Source of the DNA: Planctopirus limnophila DSM 3776
GTDB taxonomy: Bacteria; Planctomycetota; Planctomycetia; Planctomycetales; Planctomycetaceae
Assembly (NCBI RefSeq): GCF_000092105.1
Contig: NC_014148.1
Span: 1,410,001-1,442,000, forward strand
Length of the DNA: 32,000 nucleotides
Reading direction: 5' to 3'
In this document: piece after piece, positions 26,064 through 32,000 of the stretch
Layout: each line of letters opens with the position of its first letter
How positions within the stretch are numbered: position 1 is the stretch's first letter
Notes under the pieces: generated by a model
Seen by the model: the letters and a program-made list of their open reading frames with translations, nothing else
Database searches by the model: none
Told to the model about the DNA's origin: nothing
Program-made: the position numbers and the translations under genes

Positions 26064-27167
26064 TTATCGGAGCTTGAGGCTGGCCACAGCCAACAATGCC
26101 AACACAGCCGCTCCAATCCAAAATCTCACCACGATCCGAGTTTCCGGATCACCTCGAAAGACGAAGTGGTTATGCAGTGGCGAGCAGAGGAGTACGCGTT
26201 TGCCCGTCAATTTGAAGGACGCAACTTGAGCTATCACACTCAAAGTTTCCACAACAAAGATCCCGCCAATCATCATCAGCAGGAGTTCCTGCCGAATGAC
26301 AAGGGCTCCAAATGCCAGCAAAGCCCCCAGTGGCAGTGAGCCAGTATCCCCCATAAAGACCATGGCCGGATGACAATTGAACCAGAGAAAACCCAGGATC
26401 GCCCCGGTCATCGCTCCATAGACAATGCACAACTCCCCCGCACCGACGACATGGGTCATTTCGAGATAGGCCGCCATCGTCTTATGCCCCGAAAGGTAAC
26501 AGAGAGCGGCCATGGCCGACCCGGCGATCAACAGACATCCGCCCGCCAGTCCATCGAGTCCATCCGTCAGATTCACTCCATTGGAACTGCCGACCATGAC
26601 GAAGCTGCCCCACAACACAAACGCAGGGCCCAGACTGATGGTTGCCAACCCCAGATTCAGTGGCAGATCTTCAAGTTGCGGTGCGGCTCGTAAATTCCAG
26701 TAGAGTGGAAACAGCACCAGCATGCTGGCGATGCATTGGGCGGCGAATTTTTGACGAGCCGTCAGACCGCGCCGCGAGGTACGGTTCTTGACCCAGTCAT
26801 CAATAGCACCAATCGCACCGAACAGCACGACAGTTAACAATGCCAACTGAAGGTATCGATTGCTGAGGTCGCCACACAACAGGGCCGCCACAACGATTGC
26901 CACGACGATAAAGAGCCCCCCCATCGTTGGTGTCGACTTTTTCGAGGAATGCAACTCGTTCAATCGTGCGGAGGCACTATCGATACGCTCCTGAAAGTTC
27001 GACTTCAGCCAGCGGATGGCAAATGGGCCGTAAAAGATTGCCACCAGGAACGAAGAAAACGTGGCGAGAGCCGTTCGAGCCGTTAAATAGACGCGAGTCT
27101 CGCCAGGCGAGGTGCTCTGCCAGCGTGAGATCTCGTCGGCGTACATGTTCAACAGCCAGAACAGCAT
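26064..27167 (-). CDS. mraY: Phospho-N-acetylmuramoyl-pentapeptide transferase
   Basis: Motifs KKSTPTMGGL, NGVNLTDGLDGLA, FMGDTGSLPLG and PLHNHF are present. The ATG at 27167 (MLFWLLNMY...) is preferred over the TTG at 27233. Confidence 0.9.
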   Translation of the reverse strand: MLFWLLNMYADEISRWQSTSPGETRVYLTARTALATFSSFLVAIFYGPFAIRWLKSNFQERIDSASARLNELHSSKKSTPTMGGLFIVVAIVVAALLCGDLSNRYLQLALLTVVLFGAIGAIDDWVKNRTSRRGLTARQKFAAQCIASMLVLFPLYWNLRAAPQLEDLPLNLGLATISLGPAFVLWGSFVMVGSSNGVNLTDGLDGLAGGCLLIAGSAMAALCYLSGHKTMAAYLEMTHVVGAGELCIVYGAMTGAILGFLWFNCHPAMVFMGDTGSLPLGALLAFGALVIRQELLLMMIGGIFVVETLSVIAQVASFKLTGKRVLLCSPLHNHFVFRGDPETRIVVRFWIGAAVLALLAVASLKLR

Positions 27168-27369
27168 CCTTGCTGCGATCCCTCTGAGAAGGAAAGACCA
27201 TAACCCAAGTGATAGCGGCGAGATTGTGGCCAAATCGGTGAACTTACACCAGCCCCAATCCCGCCCTCAAATCACCGCCAAACGATTGGCAGACTTTCTT
27301 CTCTCTACCGAGAGAAAAGAAGTTCTGGCGATGCATGTCGATGTTCTGGGAATTCAGTCGCATCGGAGA

Positions 27370-29460
27370 TTAGTGAATGCGATGCCCCACTTTGGCACCA
27401 CTATCCGGGCTCAGGACGAAAACCTGAGTACCACCTTCACCAGCAGCGAGAACCATCCCCTCACTGGTGCCAAAACGCATCTTGCGAGGGGCCAGGTTGG
27501 CACAGAAGACGACCATTCGGCCGACCAGAGTGGCAGGTTCATAGGCCTGACGGATGCCCGCAAAAATTGTTTTGGTCACATCTCCCCCGAGAGAAAGTGT
27601 GAGCTTCAGCAGCTTGTCGGAACCATCCACAAAATCGGCTGTCAGCACACGCCCCACCCGCAGATCGACTTTCACGAAGTCATCGATCGAGCAGTAAGCC
27701 TCGGTAAGCGGCTCTTTCGTGAGTGCTTCGAGCGTGTCACCAAAGGCATTGGCGGTTGTCGGTGCGGGGGTCGCGGCGGCAGAGGAGCTGTCGACTTGAG
27801 GAGTAGCAGCCGGGGCTGCAGCCGGTGCGGATTGGCTTTCTTCGGTCATCGCTTGAACCTGTGCGGGATCAACCCGCTTCATGAGGTGTTCGAATAGATT
27901 AACAGGCGAAGCGACCAGAGGAGTCTGGGCTTCATCCCACGATTTCATCGGTGCATTCAACAGGCGTCCGGTCTGTTCGGCCAACTGCGGCAACACGGGA
28001 GCCAGATAAACTGCCAACTGACGGAACAGATTGAGCGCCACGGTACAGACATCCTGAAGCTTCCCCGCCTGCGCAGGATCTTTCTTGAGTGTCCAGGGAG
28101 CGTTGTCTTCGACATACTTATTGGCCTTCTCCGCGAGAACCATAATGGCCCTCATGGCCTGAGCATATTCACAGGCTTCATAGAGCTCTGCGATTTTGCC
28201 AGCTTCGGCAGCGGCTTCGGCGAAGAGGCCGCCATCGTCGGGATATTGAGCCGAAAGACCGGTTGGCTGAGCAAATCGAGCCGTCCGGCTGGCGAGATTG
28301 ACCACCTTCCCCACCAGATCCGAGTTGATACGGGCCACGAACTCGTCGAGGTTCAGATCGAGGTCTTCCACTCGGCTGCTGAGCTTGGAGGCGTAGTAGT
28401 ATCGCAGATAAGCCGGATCCAGATGCTTCAGGTAAGTCGACGCCATGACGAAGGTCCCCTTCGACTTGGACATTTTCTCACCATTCACCCTCAGGAAGCC
28501 GTGAATATGCACTTTCTTCGGCAGGTTCAGCCCTGCCGTTTTGAGCATGGCTGGCCAGAAAAGGGTGTGGAAATAGGTGATATCTTTCCCGATGAAGTGA
28601 TGGATTTCCGTCCGGTCACTCTTCCACCAGTCTTCCAGTTTTTCACCATTTGCCTTGCACCACTGATGTGTGGAGGCGATGTAACCAATCGGCGCATCGA
28701 ACCAGACATACCAGTAGTTGCCGGGCGAGTCGGGAATCTCGAAGCCAAAGTAACGCGCAGGTCGAGAAACATCCCAGTCGCGCAAAGGATCGTTCAGAAA
28801 GTGGCCCTGGAGGTAATTGGCAATCTCTTCCTGAAGATGGCCGCCTGTTTGCGTCCACTCGTTGAGCCAGCCGTGCAGCTTCTCCAACTCGACAAAGAGC
28901 TGCAACGACTCCCGGCGAACAGGTGTGGCACCCGACAGCGTGCTGATGGGGTTGATGACTTCCGTCGCGTCGTAAGTTGAACCGCATTTATCGCAATTGT
29001 CGCCATACTGATCCTCGGCCCCACATTTGGGGCAGGTTCCTTTGATGAATCGATCTGCCAGAAACGTTTCCTCCACCGGGTCGTAGAATCGCTCGACGTT
29101 CCGTTCGACGATCAGATCGGCCTGACGAAGCGATTGCCAGATCTCGGCGCACAGGGCCCGGTTTTCATCGGAGTGGGTGCTGCCGTAGTTGTCGAACTCA
29201 ATCCCGAAGCCAGTGAAGTCCTTGAGATGCGACTCGCGCATTTCGCCAATGACTTCGAGTTCTGATCGGCCTTCCTGGCGGGCGCGGATCATAATGGCCG
29301 TGCCATGAGTGTCGTCAGCACAGACGTAAACGCAGCGGTTCCCCACCAGTTTCTGGAAGCGAACCCAGATATCAGTCTGGAGATACTCGACCAGGTGGCC
29401 AATGTGAATGTGGCCATTGGCGTAAGGGAGAGCAGAAGTCACAAGAATCTGGCGTGTCAT
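27370..29460 (-). CDS. metG: Methionine--tRNA ligase with a C-terminal tRNA-binding (Trbp111/EMAP-like) domain
   Basis: The HIGH motif ([11 protein letters not shown]), KMSKS motif (EKMSKSKG) and a Zn knuckle ([18 protein letters not shown]) are present. An Ala/Pro-rich linker precedes the C-terminal OB domain. Confidence 0.95.
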   Translation of the reverse strand: MTRQILVTSALPYANGHIHIGHLVEYLQTDIWVRFQKLVGNRCVYVCADDTHGTAIMIRARQEGRSELEVIGEMRESHLKDFTGFGIEFDNYGSTHSDENRALCAEIWQSLRQADLIVERNVERFYDPVEETFLADRFIKGTCPKCGAEDQYGDNCDKCGSTYDATEVINPISTLSGATPVRRESLQLFVELEKLHGWLNEWTQTGGHLQEEIANYLQGHFLNDPLRDWDVSRPARYFGFEIPDSPGNYWYVWFDAPIGYIASTHQWCKANGEKLEDWWKSDRTEIHHFIGKDITYFHTLFWPAMLKTAGLNLPKKVHIHGFLRVNGEKMSKSKGTFVMASTYLKHLDPAYLRYYYASKLSSRVEDLDLNLDEFVARINSDLVGKVVNLASRTARFAQPTGLSAQYPDDGGLFAEAAAEAGKIAELYEACEYAQAMRAIMVLAEKANKYVEDNAPWTLKKDPAQAGKLQDVCTVALNLFRQLAVYLAPVLPQLAEQTGRLLNAPMKSWDEAQTPLVASPVNLFEHLMKRVDPAQVQAMTEESQSAPAAAPAATPQVDSSSAAATPAPTTANAFGDTLEALTKEPLTEAYCSIDDFVKVDLRVGRVLTADFVDGSDKLLKLTLSLGGDVTKTIFAGIRQAYEPATLVGRMVVFCANLAPRKMRFGTSEGMVLAAGEGGTQVFVLSPDSGAKVGHRIH

Positions 29461-29893
29461 GGATCTCGATTTCTCAGCGATTCAATACTTCGAGTTCAAA
29501 CTCTCTGGCGATTGGTCCGGTTTGATCAACTGTGGCCGATGATTCACTGGGGCTGTTGATTATTCAGGCCCGTTGATCATCTGGGACTAAGCGCTCACAG
29601 AGCACGATAGCGTAGAACCTGTCTGCCATGGTGTCTACGTTGAGGATACCAGACCCGATCCAGCGAACGGTCTGGCCATCAGGTTTTGACGGAAACGGTC
29701 AGGTTTTTCCGCTGATTTCAAAAATTCTCTGTGGACACGGACTGATCGCTCAATTGCTGTTCACGAGTGGTCAGGCTAACCTGCATTGAGGTTTGATACT
29801 CGCCGAACAGTGGTCTTGGTACCGGGACTTTGATTTTCCCACCCTTGAGATATTTCGCAGCCGAACATGGCCTGCACTAAGGAGTTAACGAAC

Positions 29894-30883
29894 ATGACGA
29901 AGCCTCTCCGCGTGGCAGTGACTGGTGCCGCTGGTCAGATTGGATACGCCACACTTTTCCGCCTCGCCTCGGGCGAGATTTTTGGTGCTCAGCAGCCCGT
30001 TATTCTGCACCTCATTGAGTTGCCCCAGGCCCAGGGGGCTTTGGATGGCATTCACATGGAACTGGATGACTGTGCCTTCGCGACTCTGGCGGGCGTCGAA
30101 AAGTTTTCGAGTGACAATCTCGAACTGGCTTTCAAAGATGTCGATTGGGTGCTGTGCATTGGTTCAATTCCTCGTGGAAAGGGGATGGAACGCAGCGATC
30201 TGATTCGCATTAACGGCCCGATCTTCACCAATACTGGCAAGGCCATTAATGCAGCAGCCTCTCGCGATGTGAAGGTGCTGGTTGTGGGGAACCCCTGCAA
30301 TACCAACTGCCTCATTGCCATGTCCCATGCTCCAGACATTCCCCGTGCAAATTGGTTCGCCATGACCCGTCTGGATCAGAACCGGGCAGCTTCACAACTG
30401 GCCATTAAAGCCCAGCGTCCTGTGGCAGCCGTTCAGAACGTGGCGATCTGGGGCAATCACTCCGCCACTCAGTACCCGGATTTCATGAACGCCAAGATTG
30501 ATGGGCAGCCAGCTTCTCAGGTCATTACTGATCATGAATGGCTGAAATCGACCTTTATCTCGACTGTCCAGCAACGCGGTGCTGCCGTGATTGCTGCCCG
30601 TGGCGCTTCCAGCGCAGCCTCTGCAGCGAATGCTGCTCTTGATACCGTCAAGAGTCTGGTGAATCCTACACCGGCTGGAACCTGTATTTCAGCCGCCGTC
30701 TTGAGCGATGGCAGCTACGGTGTCGAAGAAGGGATCATCAGCGGCTTCCCACTCTCCAGCGACGGCAAAAACTGGAAGATCATTCAGGGCTTCCAGGTGG
30801 ATGAATTCAGCCGCTCGAAAATCGATGCGACCATCAACGAACTGAAGACCGAGCGGGACACTGTGAAAGATCTGCTCCCTTAA
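29894..30883 (+). CDS. mdh: Malate dehydrogenase (LDH-like type 2 MDH)
   Basis: [40 protein letters not shown] and IWGNHS motifs are present. The Shine-Dalgarno AAGGAG at 29879-29884 lies 9 nt before the ATG at 29894, so I prefer that start to the track start at 29867. Confidence 0.9.
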   Translation: MTKPLRVAVTGAAGQIGYATLFRLASGEIFGAQQPVILHLIELPQAQGALDGIHMELDDCAFATLAGVEKFSSDNLELAFKDVDWVLCIGSIPRGKGMERSDLIRINGPIFTNTGKAINAAASRDVKVLVVGNPCNTNCLIAMSHAPDIPRANWFAMTRLDQNRAASQLAIKAQRPVAAVQNVAIWGNHSATQYPDFMNAKIDGQPASQVITDHEWLKSTFISTVQQRGAAVIAARGASSAASAANAALDTVKSLVNPTPAGTCISAAVLSDGSYGVEEGIISGFPLSSDGKNWKIIQGFQVDEFSRSKIDATINELKTERDTVKDLLP

Positions 30884-30923
30884 CCGCCTCGGTGCTCTTT
30901 CGATAAACAGAAGACTTCAACGT

Positions 30924-30965
30924 AAAAACCGGTCGATTGCCTCGAGGCAATCGACCGGTTTTTTT
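30924..30965. terminator. Bidirectional rho-independent terminator between the convergent mdh and glgA genes
   Basis: AAAAA, then CCGGTCGATTGCC (30929-30941), loop tcga, then GGCAATCGACCGG (30946-30958), then TTTTTTT. The 13-bp stem is perfect and has an A run and a T run on either side. Confidence 0.85.
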
Positions 30966-30993
30966 GATGGATCGACCATGTCAACTGGTCGAA

Positions 30994-32000
30994 TCAATGA
31001 CCATGTGATCGCTTGAGGCAAGCCTGCTGGTAGGCGTTGAGATACTCTTGAGCACTCCGTTTCCATGACCAGTCACGTGTCATGCCGGTCTTCTGCAGTT
31101 TAAGCCAGGTGGTTTTGTCGAGGAAGTAACCCAGAGTTCGGCAGATCTGCCGGAAAAGAACTTCGCTTTTATATTCATAGAAGCTGAAGCCATTGGCTGT
31201 CCCTTTACCGAGATTTGCTTCGGTGACATCAATGACCGAATCGGCCAGGCCACCCACAGCTCTCACGATAGGAACAGTGCCATAAGCGAGGCTGTACATC
31301 TGATTGAGGCCGCAAGGCTCGAACTGGCTGGGCATCAGAAAAATGTCACTGCCGGCTTCAATCTGGTGCGAGAGCGCTTCGTCATAGCCAATCTTGACGG
31401 CGAATTTTTCGGGATGCTCTTTCGCGAGTGCCATCAATCCTTTTTCGAGGACAGGATCTCCCGTTCCCAGAAAGACACATTGCACATTCAAATCGGCCAG
31501 ATCGCGGGAACATCCCAGAATCAGGTCGAGGCCCTTTTGCGAAGTAATCCGACTGATCATTCCGAAGAGCGGAACATTCATGTGGACAGGGAGCCCCATC
31601 GCCTTTTGCAAGGCCACTTTACAGACGGGCTTACCGATGGACACTGTCGTGTGGTCGTAGTTCTCTGCAATGTAAGGATCGGTGGCTGGGTTCCAGACTT
31701 CTTCATCAATGCCATTGAGAATGCCGACCAGGTCTTCCCGGCGGGATGTCAGCACGCCATTGAGGCCATTACCGAATTCGGCCGTCTGAATTTCCCGGGC
31801 GTAAGTCGGGCTGACAGTCGTCAGCATGTCGGCAAAAGTGATCCCGGTTTTCAGCAGGTTGAGCTGTCCGTGGAACTCCATCTGTCGCCAGTTGAAGTAC
31901 TTCCAGTCGAGACCTGTGAGTACCATATCCCAGTGCCAGAACTGGCCTTGAAAAGCCATATTATGGATGGTGTAAATGCTGGCGGTGCGCTCGAGGCCGT
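30994..32000 (-). CDS. glgA: Glycogen synthase (GT5); the 5' end runs off the window end
   Basis: The track ORF starts at 31959, but the frame stays open to 32000 (..GLERTASIYTIHNMAFQGQF, the HNxxxQG motif). VSPTYAREI, FLMPSQFEPCGL and GGLADSV motifs are present. Confidence 0.85.
   Translation of the reverse strand, partial: GLERTASIYTIHNMAFQGQFWHWDMVLTGLDWKYFNWRQMEFHGQLNLLKTGITFADMLTTVSPTYAREIQTAEFGNGLNGVLTSRREDLVGILNGIDEEVWNPATDPYIAENYDHTTVSIGKPVCKVALQKAMGLPVHMNVPLFGMISRITSQKGLDLILGCSRDLADLNVQCVFLGTGDPVLEKGLMALAKEHPEKFAVKIGYDEALSHQIEAGSDIFLMPSQFEPCGLNQMYSLAYGTVPIVRAVGGLADSVIDVTEANLGKGTANGFSFYEYKSEVLFRQICRTLGYFLDKTTWLKLQKTGMTRDWSWKRSAQEYLNAYQQACLKRSHGH

Overview
This looks like a Planctomycete chromosomal segment. 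That is an inference from three things: a PSCyt/DUF1549/DUF1553 gene next to a Tat-signal DUF1501 gene, a 621-aa signal peptidase I, and roughly 55% GC. Most of the window is housekeeping: aroA (partial, missing from the ORF track), an SDR epimerase, ubiB, a tetR plus DevCAB/MacAB-type ABC exporter operon, lepB, lptB, two SEDS (FtsW/RodA) genes, a sigma-70 family factor, mraY, metG, mdh and glgA (partial). I found no tRNA, rRNA, CRISPR array, transposase, integrase or reverse transcriptase.

The unusual content is non-coding and sits in two places, 4.3-6.7 kb and 15.27-18.04 kb. Both carry a mosaic family of structured repeats built from four modules:
- P: GTAG plus a GGTCCGC-NNN-GCGGACC hairpin and about 70 conserved nt.
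- Q: the CACTGCTGG/CCAGCAGTG hairpin.
- R: CAGGGTGGC followed by a variable hairpin, in some copies closed by CACCCTGC.
- S: the CATGCTTGC/GCAAGCATG hairpin followed by a T-rich tract.

All but one possible R copy lie on the + strand, and they bracket three small genes. At 15473-16337 modules R and S, joined by an unnamed middle segment, are amplified into three head-to-tail units of about 262 bp. Differences between copies keep the stems paired, through G.T wobbles and double changes, only if the + strand is the folded strand. Next to the array is a lower-GC islet with two convergent orphan ORFs.

This repeat array plus islet is my best candidate for something undescribed, either a structured ncRNA family or an ssDNA-active repeat family. 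Its function is unknown and nothing here was checked against a database.
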